64,000 nucleotides of DNA from an uncultured Candidatus Saccharibacteria bacterium. GTDB taxonomy: Bacteria; Patescibacteriota; Minisyncoccia; Phycocordibacterales; GWA1-40-21. Shown piece after piece: positions 10,529-19,162 of this stretch (its first letter is position 1; each line of letters starts with the position of its first letter). The notes beneath the pieces are model-generated. The model made no database searches and had not been told where the DNA came from. It saw only the letters and a list, made by a program, of their open reading frames with translations. The position numbers were made by a program, and so were the translations under genes. The DNA lies in NCBI GenBank assembly GCA_964613715.1, contig CAZTJK010000003.1, forward strand, positions 7,322-71,321, given 5' to 3'.

Positions 10529-10822
10529 ATGAACCACACGACAAAAACCGTGCTGCATGTCATCAAGCGCCCGCATATCACCGAAAAAGCCGGTATCAAG
10601 GCCGAGTCGCAGCATGTCTATACGTTCGAAGTCCTCAAGGGATCTTCAAAGAATGATGTTGCCAAGGCGATCACCGAAATCTACAAAGTCGTTCCGGTGA
10701 AAATCAATATGGTCAACCTTCCGGCAAAGAAAGTCGCACGGGGCGGCAAGGTCGGTCATCAGGGCTCTATCAAAAAGGCGCTTGTCTTCCTGAAGAAAGG
10801 GGATAAGATAGCGTTTATGTAA
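10529..10822 (+). CDS. rplW: 50S ribosomal protein L23
   Basis: The 97-aa sequence LHVIKRPHITEKA...VYTFEV matches uL23. Confidence 0.92.
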   Translation: MNHTTKTVLHVIKRPHITEKAGIKAESQHVYTFEVLKGSSKNDVAKAITEIYKVVPVKINMVNLPAKKVARGGKVGHQGSIKKALVFLKKGDKIAFM

Positions 10823-10832
10823 TTGTACTACC

Positions 10833-11684
10833 ATGAGAACCAACAGACCAACATCTCCGGGCCGCCGACACATGACATTTGTCACCTATCGCGGTGTGCT
10901 CACGGAATCAAAGCCGCTCAAAGCCCTCACGAAAGGCCAAAAAGGCCATTCCGGCCGCAATAACCGCGGACGCATCACCATGCGCCATCAGGGTGCCGGC
11001 CACAAGCAGGTATACCGCTTCGTGGACTTCATGTATGACAAAAAAGATATTCCAGCAACTGTGATGTCTGTGGAATACGATCCGTACCGCACCGGTTTCA
11101 TCGGCCTCGTAAACTATGCCGATGGCGAGAAGCGCTATACGCTCTTGCCGAAGGGTGTGAAGGCGGGCGACATGTTCCTGGTGTCCGAAAAGGCGGAGCT
11201 CAAGCCGGGCAACCGTATGCCACTCAAGAATATTCCGGTCGGTACCTTCGTGTATAACATCGAGATCAAAGTCGGCGGCGGTGCAAAGCTCGTCCGCTCG
11301 GCAGGATCATTCGCACAGATCGTCGCAAACGATGCAGGCTACGTGCATATCAAGATGCCATCGACCGAAGTCCGTAAGGTTCCGGAAAATGCATGGGCAT
11401 CGATCGGCAATGTTTCAAATGACGAGAACTGGCTCGTGAATATCGGCAAGGCAGGTCGTAGCCGCTGGATGGGTATTCGCCCGACGGTGCGCGGCTCGGT
11501 CATGAACCCGATGGATCACCCGTACGGCGGCGGCGAAGGCAAACAGGGCCGCGGCATGCGCTTTGCCAAGACCAAATGGGGTAAGCATGTCGGCAAAGGC
11601 CAGAAGTCGAGAACCCCGAAAAAGTACTCGAATTATCTGATCGTGAGCCGCAGAAAAGTAGGGAAGGCAAAGGACAATAAATAA
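10833..11684 (+). CDS. rplB: 50S ribosomal protein L2
   Basis: GRNNRGRITMRHQGAGHKQVYRF...MNPMDHPYGGGEGK matches uL2. Confidence 0.95.
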   Translation: MRTNRPTSPGRRHMTFVTYRGVLTESKPLKALTKGQKGHSGRNNRGRITMRHQGAGHKQVYRFVDFMYDKKDIPATVMSVEYDPYRTGFIGLVNYADGEKRYTLLPKGVKAGDMFLVSEKAELKPGNRMPLKNIPVGTFVYNIEIKVGGGAKLVRSAGSFAQIVANDAGYVHIKMPSTEVRKVPENAWASIGNVSNDENWLVNIGKAGRSRWMGIRPTVRGSVMNPMDHPYGGGEGKQGRGMRFAKTKWGKHVGKGQKSRTPKKYSNYLIVSRRKVGKAKDNK

Positions 11685-11696
11685 GTTTCAAATCTA

Positions 11697-11728
11697 AAGC
11701 GGCGCCTTACGGCGCCGCTTTACTTTTC
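11697..11728 (+). terminator. rho-independent terminator after rplB
   Basis: aaagcggcgccttacggcgccgctttacttttcc. It ends the S10 operon after L2. Confidence 0.6.
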
Positions 11729-11737
11729 CTGATTTTC

Positions 11738-11845
11738 TGCTACACTGCTTGCATAAGGCCAAAGACAACCGGCGGCATATGCAGAAGTCCGGTCGAGGTC
11801 CAAACGACACTCTCTGTCGGCCTTATCGGGTCGATTTTTTTATTT
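11738..11845 (+). promoter_or_regulatory. rplJ leader: an extended -10 (TGcTACACT) followed by a long-range helix and a U-tract (candidate L10-L12 autoregulatory attenuator)
   Basis: ataaggcc (11753-11760) pairs with ggccttat (11819-11826). The run tttttttatttc at 11834-11845 sits just before the rplJ RBS. Confidence 0.35.
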
Positions 11846-11866
11846 CAAAAATAAAAAGGAACAAGA

Positions 11867-12358
11867 ATGGCAATTACAAAAGAAAAGAAGAAAGAACTGG
11901 TAGCGGAAATCACAAAGGCACTCGCAGGCTCGAAGTCTGCAGTCTTTGTGAATTTCCACACGCTCAATGTCACGGACGAGCAGGCGATGCGCCGCGCTCT
12001 TCGTAAAGAAGGCGTCGGCTATTTGGTGGTGAGAAAAACGCTTGCCAAGCTCGCGCTTGCGGACGCAGGCATTGCTGGCACCATGCCGGAATTCGCCGGT
12101 GAGCTCGCACTTGTCTACGGCGATGATCTGACTGCTCCGGCGCGCGAATTCTACACGTTCCAGAAGAAATACAACGGCAATGTCAAAATTGTCGGTGGCA
12201 TCTTCGATGGAAAGTACATGAATATCGCGGAAATGACCGGTATCGCAGCCATCCCGTCCCAGCAGACCTTGTACGCACAGTTCGTCAATCTCATCAATTC
12301 CCCGATCCAGCGTTTCGCGGTCGTGCTTGATCAGATTGCAAAGACGAAGACAGTATAA
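11867..12358 (+). CDS. rplJ: 50S ribosomal protein L10
   Basis: [19 protein letters not shown]...[10 protein letters not shown] matches uL10. Confidence 0.9.
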   Translation: MAITKEKKKELVAEITKALAGSKSAVFVNFHTLNVTDEQAMRRALRKEGVGYLVVRKTLAKLALADAGIAGTMPEFAGELALVYGDDLTAPAREFYTFQKKYNGNVKIVGGIFDGKYMNIAEMTGIAAIPSQQTLYAQFVNLINSPIQRFAVVLDQIAKTKTV

Positions 12359-12384
12359 TTTATCAACCTACACATAGAACAATC

Positions 12385-12780
12385 ATGGAAGAAAAGAAAG
12401 CAGTTGTGATTCCGGCGAAATTCGAAAAGCTTGTCGCCGAAATCGAAAAAATGTCAGTGATCGACCTCCACGAGCTCGTCAAAACGCTCGAGGAAAAGTT
12501 TGGCGTATCCGCAGCAGCAGTCGCAGTCGCGGGTCCTGCAGCAGGTGCAGCAGCGGCAGCGGAAGAGAAGACGGCCTTTACCGTCGAGCTCACCGATGCT
12601 GGCGCGCAGAAGATCGCCGTCATCAAGGTGGTCAAGGAAGCTCTCGCGCTCGGTCTTGCCGAAGCAAAGGGCATGGTAGATGCGGCTCCGAAGGTCCTCA
12701 AAGCGGACATGAAGAAGGAAGACGCGGAAAAGCTCAAAAAAGATATCGAAGCAGCGGGCGGAAAAGTTACCCTCAAGTAA
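12385..12780 (+). CDS. rplL: 50S ribosomal protein L7/L12
   Basis: An Ala/Pro hinge [20 protein letters not shown] is followed by the C-terminal domain [21 protein letters not shown]. Confidence 0.95.
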   Translation: MEEKKAVVIPAKFEKLVAEIEKMSVIDLHELVKTLEEKFGVSAAAVAVAGPAAGAAAAAEEKTAFTVELTDAGAQKIAVIKVVKEALALGLAEAKGMVDAAPKVLKADMKKEDAEKLKKDIEAAGGKVTLK

Positions 12781-12800
12781 TAATTCGGCTCCTCAATAAG

Positions 12801-12838
12801 AAAAGGCGGTTTTTGCGAAGCAAAAACCGCCTTTTCTT
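12801..12838 (+). terminator. rho-independent terminator after rplL
   Basis: aaaaggcggtttttgcgaagcaaaaaccgcctttt. Confidence 0.6.
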
Positions 12839-12853
12839 ATGCGTCGTTTGCGG

Positions 12854-12859
12854 TATAAT
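12854..12859 (+). promoter_or_regulatory. -10 TATAAT 7 nt upstream of the ATG at 12867 (leaderless)
   Basis: cggTATAATgtgccccATG. Confidence 0.35.
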
Positions 12860-12866
12860 GTGCCCC

Positions 12867-13484
12867 ATGGAAATTTTGTCCAAGCTTTTCGGTAGCACGG
12901 CGCGGGTGAAGATCATGCGTCTATTTCTGTTCAATCCTGCTGATGCGTTCGATATGGATATGGTTGCCGAGAAATCCCATGTCGATGCCAAGACGGCGAA
13001 GCGCGAATGCGCGCTGCTTGCCCAAGCCGGTATGATCCGTCCGAAGGCATTTTTCAAGCTTACGACCCGCATGGTGCGAGGAAAGAGAGTCGAAAAGCGC
13101 CTAAAAGCGAAGGGCTATGAGCTCAATGGCCATTTCTCATATGTTGCCGGGCTCAAGCATCTCCTGATCAGCACGAAAACGCTCGAAGCGGGGGAGATTC
13201 TGAACCGGCTATCGAAAACCGGCAAATTGAAGCTGGTCATCATCGCCGGGATTTTCACGCGGGAAAAGGACAGCCGCCTCGATATCCTTATCGTCGGGGA
13301 CAATCTCAAGAAATCCGCCCTGGCGAGCGTCATCAAATCCATCGAAGCGGAGCTTGGCAAAGAGCTCCTCTACGCCTATTTCGAGACCAAGGACTTCCAA
13401 TACCGCCTCAGCATGTATGACAAGCTCGTAAAGGACGTACTCGATTATCCTCACGAGGTGCTCCTTGACCGGATGAGCCAATAA
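12867..13484 (+). CDS. winged-helix DNA-binding domain protein, hypothetical
   Basis: The N-terminal wHTH-like segment reads LFGSTARVKIMRLFLFNP...ECALLAQAGMI. The start at 12867 (MEIL) is preferred because the track start overlaps the rplL terminator. Confidence 0.45.
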   Translation: MEILSKLFGSTARVKIMRLFLFNPADAFDMDMVAEKSHVDAKTAKRECALLAQAGMIRPKAFFKLTTRMVRGKRVEKRLKAKGYELNGHFSYVAGLKHLLISTKTLEAGEILNRLSKTGKLKLVIIAGIFTREKDSRLDILIVGDNLKKSALASVIKSIEAELGKELLYAYFETKDFQYRLSMYDKLVKDVLDYPHEVLLDRMSQ

Positions 13485-13512
13485 AACCCGCCCGGCAAGG
13501 CGGGTTTGCAAT
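13484..13512 (+). terminator. rho-independent terminator
   Basis: aaacccgcccggcaaggcgggtttgc. Confidence 0.55.
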
Positions 13513-13619
13513 TATCCACACCTTGCTCGGGAAGCGGGCATCCGGGTGGTATAATACGGGGACAGTGGGATTATATCCGCACTAGCATTTATTAGGTTTC
13601 ATTAACAAATAATTCATTT

Positions 13620-14300
13620 ATGGTTACCTGGGCTGATGTGTTGTCTGCTTCATTGCAGAATGTATGGCTTGGCGTCGCGAATTTCATCCCGACTCTTTTG
13701 GCCGCTTTGATCATAGCGATCATCGGATGGGTCGTCGGTGCTTTGGCATTCAAGCTGGTGTCACAGCTCGTCAAATTGGCGAGAGTTGACAATGCCCTCC
13801 GGGCAGCAGGCGTGGAACGCTTTGTTGAAAAGGCCGGTTTCCGCCTCAACAGCGGCATGTTTATCGGCAAGCTCGTTGAGTGGTTCTTCGTGGTCGTATT
13901 CTTGGTCGCGTCACTCGATGTCTTGGGCTTGACCCAGGTCACGGCATTCCTCAAGGATGTCGTTCTCGGCTACTTGCCGCAGGTCATCGTGGCAGTCCTT
14001 ATCATCCTCGTTGCGGCTATTGTCGCTGAGGCCATGCAGAAAGTCGTTTCCGGCACTGCAAAGGCTGCGGATATGAAGTCGGCGAATTTCGCTGGCAAGA
14101 TCACGAAATGGGCTATCTGGATCTTCGCGATCCTCGCCGCTGTCATGCAGCTCGGCATTGCCGTTTCGTTCATCAACACCCTCTTTACGGGCATTATCAT
14201 AGCGGTATCGCTTGCTCTCGGCCTTTCATTTGGCCTTGGCGGTCAGGATGCTGCTGCGAAGTACATCGAAAAGGTAAAAGGAGAAATCGCAGAGCGCTAA
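13620..14300 (+). CDS. membrane protein with two conserved TM-helix repeats (MscS-type N-terminal TM_helix-like)
   Basis: Two internally repeated hydrophobic modules, each followed by a charged segment. 226 aa. Confidence 0.45.
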   Translation: MVTWADVLSASLQNVWLGVANFIPTLLAALIIAIIGWVVGALAFKLVSQLVKLARVDNALRAAGVERFVEKAGFRLNSGMFIGKLVEWFFVVVFLVASLDVLGLTQVTAFLKDVVLGYLPQVIVAVLIILVAAIVAEAMQKVVSGTAKAADMKSANFAGKITKWAIWIFAILAAVMQLGIAVSFINTLFTGIIIAVSLALGLSFGLGGQDAAAKYIEKVKGEIAER

Positions 14301-14318
14301 GCTCCGGTTTCATCTCGA

Positions 14319-14350
14319 AAAAAGCCGAAACGTATCGTTTCGGCTTTTTT
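14319..14350 (+). terminator. rho-independent terminator
   Basis: aaaagccgaaacgtatcgtttcggctttttt. Confidence 0.6.
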
Positions 14351-14438
14351 CATTTTCATTTCGCGAACAATTACAAGGCATTTTCTGCGCATATTACTTT
14401 ACAAATATCATAAAGAGATTTCTTCTGCATATTTTTTA

Positions 14439-14465
14439 TTGACGTGCGTGGGAGAGGAGTATAAT
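14439..14465 (+). promoter_or_regulatory. candidate promoter TTGACG-15-TATAAT
   Basis: -35 at 14439-14444 and -10 at 14460-14465. The 15-bp spacer is short. Confidence 0.35.
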
Positions 14466-14637
14466 TGAAGATGAGGATTACGAGTAAAGCATTATCCTCG
14501 TAAAAACATTTTAAGGGAGACTAACTTTTGCTGCGCCGTGGCGTATCATCGAGGTCACCCACCTAGAATATCTAGGGTAATGCTTATCTGGTAATCCGTA
14601 AGAGTATCCGTCCGCATTCCGGACGGATTTTCTTTTT
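14466..14637 (+). ncRNA. candidate small RNA, or an RNA leader that is terminated, of unknown class
   Basis: The unit of about 170 nt is bounded by a promoter and an intrinsic terminator (atccgtccgcattccggacggat plus a T-run) and has no ORF of 60 aa or more. The downstream gene has its own extended -10. Confidence 0.25.
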
Positions 14638-14644
14638 CACTCCG

Positions 14645-14653
14645 TGGTATAAT
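14645..14653 (+). promoter_or_regulatory. extended -10 TGgTATAAT 7 nt upstream of the ATG at 14661
   Basis: tggtataatagccgcaATG. Confidence 0.4.
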
Positions 14654-14660
14654 AGCCGCA

Positions 14661-15080
14661 ATGCTCCAGAAAAAACTGCTATTCCTCTCCGTCATTTCCA
14701 TTATGGTGATCGCCGTAGTGCATATCGTTTCTCTGCGCCTGTCCTGGTACTATACGCATCCATGGATGGACATCGTAATCCATATTCTTGGCGGTTTTTG
14801 GGTCGCGGCGACGGCGCTCTGGATGGCACTTCGCTTCGGGCATATTGATACGATCGTCAATTATCGCCGTAAGGCCTTCTTCATCTCCTTTGCGGCGGTA
14901 TTTTTGGTCGGCATTGCATGGGAAATGTTCGAGCTGCTCTCCGGCAATACGTTCCTGCACTCGGCGAATTTCGCTACCGATTCGCTTTCCGATATTCTCG
15001 ACAATTTCATCGGCTGTTTTTTCGCCTTTTTGTATGCAATCAGGATGAAGCGTTGCCGGGACGGCTTTATCTGCGAATAA
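14661..15080 (+). CDS. hypothetical polytopic membrane protein
   Basis: 139 aa, 4 predicted TM segments, Trp-rich. Confidence 0.45.
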   Translation: MLQKKLLFLSVISIMVIAVVHIVSLRLSWYYTHPWMDIVIHILGGFWVAATALWMALRFGHIDTIVNYRRKAFFISFAAVFLVGIAWEMFELLSGNTFLHSANFATDSLSDILDNFIGCFFAFLYAIRMKRCRDGFICE

Positions 15081-15087
15081 TTTTCTT

Positions 15088-16446
15088 ATGAAAATCACTT
15101 TTTATGGCGGGACGGGCAGTGTGACAGGGGCGAATTTTCTTGTTGAGCATGCAGGCTTGAAACTGCTCGTCGATTGCGGCCTGATGCAGGGGACCGAAGC
15201 CGCGGAATCTTTCAATCGCGATCCATTTCCGTACGATCCAGCTTCAGTTGACGTACTGGTTATCACGCATGCGCATATCGACCATATCGGCCGTATTCCA
15301 AAGCTCGTGCGAGACGGCTTCCGCGGGAAAATAATCAGCACGCCGCCGACGAAAGACATTTCGCATCTCCTGCTGCTTGATACTGCCGCGATCCTCGATG
15401 CCGAGTCTCGCCGTTCAGGCGTGCTTGCGCTCTTCGGAGACAAGGATGTCGAAGAAGCGATGAAGCTCTGGGAAACGCTGCCGTATCATACGCCGCGCGA
15501 TGTAGGTGAGGGTGTATCGATCTATTTGCGCGATTCAGGGCATATTCTTGGAGCATCCATGGTGGAAATAAGCACAGCTGGCACGAAAGCAGTATTTACG
15601 GGAGACCTCGGCAATTCGCCGTCGCTGTTGCTGAATGACACGGAAGATATTACCGATGCGAATTATATCGTCATGGAAAGCGTCTATGGCGACCGCAATC
15701 ACCAGTCGAAAGCCGAGCGCCAGGCCAAGCTTAAGGAAATCATCGCCGATACCATCGCGAACAAGCGGACGCTCATCATCCCGGCATTTTCCGTCGAACG
15801 CACCCAGCAGATGCTTTACGAGATGAATGAATTCTTTGAAGAGGACGGGCTTGCCGAAGTGCCGGTATTCTTGGATTCGCCACTTGCCATCAAGGTGACC
15901 AAGCTCTATGAGAAATACTCGTCCTATTTAAATGAGCATGTGCGTGACCAAATTGCCGAGGGAGATAAGGTATTCCGCTTCCCGAAGCTCAAGCTCACCA
16001 CGCTTTCCCAGGATTCGGCGAAGATCGAGCATACGGCGAGTCCCAAGATCATCATGGCCGGCAGCGGGATGTCCAATGGCGGCCGTATCGTGCACCATGA
16101 AAAGGATCATGCAGGCGATCCAAATGCCGTGATCCTGTTCGTTGGCTATCAGGCGGTTGGTACTTTGGGCAGGCAGCTCGAAGATGGGGCGAAGATGGTG
16201 AAGATAGACGGACAAGAAATCCGCGTGCGCGCAAGTATCAAGAAAATCGAAGGCTATTCCTCGCATAAGGATTCCGATCATCTCGTGTCATTTGTGGAGA
16301 CCGCTGCGCAAAGCGGCAAGTTAAAAAAGGTATTCACGGTCATGGGCGAGCCGAAATCATCGCTTTTTCTCGTCCAGCGCTTGCGCGACGATATCAATGT
16401 GCAAGGCGAGTATCCGGAGTATGGCGAAAGCATAGAATTAATCTGA
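15088..16446 (+). CDS. MBL-fold beta-CASP ribonuclease (RNase J / CPSF-like family)
   Basis: MKITFYGGTGSVTG...VLVITHAHIDHIGRIP (HxHxDH). The 452-aa length fits MBL plus beta-CASP. Confidence 0.7.
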   Translation: MKITFYGGTGSVTGANFLVEHAGLKLLVDCGLMQGTEAAESFNRDPFPYDPASVDVLVITHAHIDHIGRIPKLVRDGFRGKIISTPPTKDISHLLLLDTAAILDAESRRSGVLALFGDKDVEEAMKLWETLPYHTPRDVGEGVSIYLRDSGHILGASMVEISTAGTKAVFTGDLGNSPSLLLNDTEDITDANYIVMESVYGDRNHQSKAERQAKLKEIIADTIANKRTLIIPAFSVERTQQMLYEMNEFFEEDGLAEVPVFLDSPLAIKVTKLYEKYSSYLNEHVRDQIAEGDKVFRFPKLKLTTLSQDSAKIEHTASPKIIMAGSGMSNGGRIVHHEKDHAGDPNAVILFVGYQAVGTLGRQLEDGAKMVKIDGQEIRVRASIKKIEGYSSHKDSDHLVSFVETAAQSGKLKKVFTVMGEPKSSLFLVQRLRDDINVQGEYPEYGESIELI

Positions 16447-16529
16447 TTCTAGAGCTCTTTTTGACAAGGCTTTTTCTTTTGCTAGACTGATATCGTTGTT
16501 CTTTACTACATCGCGAAAGGAGTCGTGCA

Positions 16530-16691
16530 ATGTCAGCAGTACAAGCAAAAAGTGATTATGTCATCGCTCACATCGACACAGCATGCGATGGTTGCGAGCG
16601 AACGATTCCTCAAGGTACGGAGCATATTGTGATCATTCATAATATTGGTGGGGTTGAAGTTCCGCTCCACTACTGCCTGTTGTGTAATTAA
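16530..16691 (+). CDS. small zinc-ribbon protein (CxxC...CxxC)
   Basis: A 53-aa ORF that the track missed because it is under 60 aa. It reads MSAVQAKSDYVIAHIDTACDGCERTIPQGTEH...PLHYCLLCN. An RBS aaaggag lies 8 nt upstream and a terminator follows directly. Confidence 0.45.
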   Translation: MSAVQAKSDYVIAHIDTACDGCERTIPQGTEHIVIIHNIGGVEVPLHYCLLCN

Positions 16692-16692
16692 A

Positions 16693-16722
16693 AACTGCGT
16701 CAAAAAAGATGCAGTTTTTTCT
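16693..16722 (+). terminator. rho-independent terminator
   Basis: ctgcgtcaaaaaagatgcagttttttc. Confidence 0.6.
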
Positions 16723-16771
16723 ATATACATAAAAAAACGAGGGACAGATCATCCCTCGTTTATAGAGCTGC

Positions 16772-17875
16772 CTAGACAGCGACCAATTCCTGTTTCTCTA
16801 GAAGCATATCAGCGGCCTTCTTCAGCGCTGCGTATGCCTCCGGCGTATGTGCTCCTGCCGCCTCAAGCATAGCCGGTAGCTCGGCCGGGTCCGAAAACAG
16901 CGTGAGCGCATGTTCCCAGATAACCTTGCTCGCCTCGATTTTTCTCGAGACTATCTTGAAGTGAGCCAGGCATTCCCGGAGATTAGGCGTTGTAAGCGCT
17001 TTAACCTTGCATTCTTCGCCGACAAGCCTGTCGTACGTTTCTTGCACAACCAAGTACCGTTTGATTTCATCCGGGTTCGGATAGCTCGCGAGCTTTTTCC
17101 GATAGTCCTCAAGCGTCTGCAGCGGCTCGAATTGTTTCTCGAGCTTGGCATAGAAGAGATTATGGCCTTTCATCCGTACCTCTTCATGCAGATCCTTGAA
17201 TCGATCATACGAGATCGTCCCAAGGAGCATTACGCATTTCTTCTGCGTATCCGCAAGCGGGATTTTTCTCTTGATTTCAAGAGCCTCAAGCCCAGTTTCT
17301 TTTTTCAGCACTCTTGCTTCAAGCCCCGGGTCATATCCGAGGATCCTGTCCCGGATTTTCTTGCACGCTTTTGCGGTCTTCGCTTTTTCAAGAAACGCAG
17401 CGAGTTCCGCATTGAATTTCCGAGCGCTTTCCTCTTTTGCTTTCGTATGACCTGGTGCCTGCTCGTAAATACGCTCGTATTGCCGCATGGTTGTTGCGGC
17501 AGCGAGCTTTGGCAAAAGATCATCCGACAATAACTTATCCCGCTTTTCTGTGGCGAATGACTGCCCACTCGAGAGATAGTCCGGATATTTCTTCCGGATT
17601 TTCTCAATATCTGCTGGCGTATCCGCTTTTTTTACTTCTCTGATAAGACGATCATCCAAGAGATCATCGCGTTTACGTTCCGTCTTCCGTCTGAAGCTTT
17701 CGTCCGGAGCTGTGTCGATAAGCGCCTGGCATTGTTCCGGAGTCTCGGCCGCTTCGAATTGCGACTTCAGATCCGGCTTCAGCCCGAGAGCGATCTCGAT
17801 TTCTCCCATGATGCCTTTGCCGTTACCGGCAGACATTGCGAGCGCGTGCAGAACCAGCTTATTGTAAGAAGACAT
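16772..17875 (-). CDS. hypothetical Lys/Glu-rich alpha-helical protein, no recognisable domain
   Basis: 368 aa. The start at 17875 has a strong RBS (aaggaggaagtgt ATG). The longer track ORF was rejected. Confidence 0.55.
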   Translation of the reverse strand: MSSYNKLVLHALAMSAGNGKGIMGEIEIALGLKPDLKSQFEAAETPEQCQALIDTAPDESFRRKTERKRDDLLDDRLIREVKKADTPADIEKIRKKYPDYLSSGQSFATEKRDKLLSDDLLPKLAAATTMRQYERIYEQAPGHTKAKEESARKFNAELAAFLEKAKTAKACKKIRDRILGYDPGLEARVLKKETGLEALEIKRKIPLADTQKKCVMLLGTISYDRFKDLHEEVRMKGHNLFYAKLEKQFEPLQTLEDYRKKLASYPNPDEIKRYLVVQETYDRLVGEECKVKALTTPNLRECLAHFKIVSRKIEASKVIWEHALTLFSDPAELPAMLEAAGAHTPEAYAALKKAADMLLEKQELVAV

Positions 17876-17977
17876 ACACTTCCTCCTTTGTGAATGAACT
17901 GCTGTTACTGATTTTGATACTACTCTTAGGCCGGCTCTTGTCAATGAATGAAAAAACCGCCTTTCGGCGGCATTTCT

Positions 17978-18322
17978 TTATTTCGAGTGAGCGAGGATTC
18001 GCTTGAAGGCTTCCGGATGCGCGTCAGCGATCTCGGCGAGGACCTTGCGGTCGAGCTCGATGTTCTTCTTCTTGAGTGCGCCGATGAATTTGCTGTAGCT
18101 TGCACCTTGTTCGTGGAGCGCTGCGTTGATGCGGACATTCCAGAGTCTGCGGAAATCGCCCTTCTTGTCGCGGCGGCCTTCGAAGGCATTCGCGCCGGCA
18201 TGCATGATTGCGTCGATCGCTGCCGCTTCCTTGTTTCTGCGGTTCAGGCGATAGCCCTTGGTTTGCAGAAGTGTATTCTTTCTGCGCTTGTTCTTGATGA
18301 CGCCTCGTTTGACTCGTGACAT
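17978..18322 (-). CDS. rplT: 50S ribosomal protein L20
   Basis: MSRVKRGVIKNKRRKNTL...RRLWNVRINAA matches bL20. Confidence 0.95.
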   Translation of the reverse strand: MSRVKRGVIKNKRRKNTLLQTKGYRLNRRNKEAAAIDAIMHAGANAFEGRRDKKGDFRRLWNVRINAALHEQGASYSKFIGALKKKNIELDRKVLAEIADAHPEAFKRILAHSK

Positions 18323-18349
18323 GGTGGTAGTTTTACGGTTTCCTGGTAA

Positions 18350-18538
18350 TTAAAACATTCCCGGCAAAAAGCGTGCTTTTGCCCGTGCGGTAAAATGGAG
18401 CTGCATCGCCTTCTTCTTGCCGAGCTGGCTCTTGCGGCTCTCCTTGGCATTGAAATGGTCCTGACCTGCTTTGCGGCCGAGGATCTTTCCGTTGCGCGTC
18501 ACTTTCAAGCGCTTGGTGAATGATTTGTTGGTTTTCAT
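18350..18538 (-). CDS. rpmI: 50S ribosomal protein L35
   Basis: MKTNKSFTKRLKVTRNGKILGRKAGQDH matches bL35. The internal ATG at 18538 is the chosen start. Confidence 0.85.
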   Translation of the reverse strand: MKTNKSFTKRLKVTRNGKILGRKAGQDHFNAKESRKSQLGKKKAMQLHFTARAKARFLPGMF

Positions 18539-18548
18539 ATTGGTTTGC

Positions 18549-19067
18549 TTATTTCTTGGTGCCTTTCTCAAGCATCATCGTAAATCCTTTCGGACTTTTC
18601 TGCGGCTCTTCCGCGATACGATACTCGGTACTGATCAGCTTGAGTATGCGGGCCATGCGTTCCTTGAGGAATTTCTGGTCCAAATACTTGGCGCGCCCCG
18701 AGAGAAAGAGATTGAGCCGTACCCGGTGCCCTTCCGAGAGCCATTCGGAGGCCTTGGCTGCCTTCATGGCGAGATCGTGCTCGTCAGTGGCGATTTTGAC
18801 CTGAATGCTCTTGATTTCGACGTTCTGGACCTTGGCTTTCGACTCCTTCAGCTTCTTATTTTCAGCGTATTGAAATCTACCATAATCGGCGATTTTTGCA
18901 ACCGGCGGCACGGCGTTCGGCGAGATCTCGATGAGGTCAAGCCCCATCTCGACCGCCCGCTTCAAAGCCTCGCTTGTCGGCAATATGCCGAGGTTCTGGC
19001 CATCTTCAGTAATGACGCGCAATTCCGGCACGCGTATCTGATGATTCACTCGTACTTTCGTATTCAA
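18549..19067 (-). CDS. infC: translation initiation factor IF-3, non-AUG (TTG) start
   Basis: RVNHQIRVPELRVITEDGQNLGILPTSEAL...LDLIEISPNAVPPVAKIADYGRFQYAE matches IF-3. The first codon is TTG (19067-19065), and an in-frame stop 19 codons upstream precedes it. Confidence 0.9.
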   Translation of the reverse strand: MNTKVRVNHQIRVPELRVITEDGQNLGILPTSEALKRAVEMGLDLIEISPNAVPPVAKIADYGRFQYAENKKLKESKAKVQNVEIKSIQVKIATDEHDLAMKAAKASEWLSEGHRVRLNLFLSGRAKYLDQKFLKERMARILKLISTEYRIAEEPQKSPKGFTMMLEKGTKK

Positions 19068-19162
19068 TGTCGTAAAATTGATTATGCTGTCCTGCCGAAT
19101 GCGCGCGAAGGAGCGTTCGAATCAGGCCCTATTTGTATCATATTTTTGCCGTTCCGGCAATA

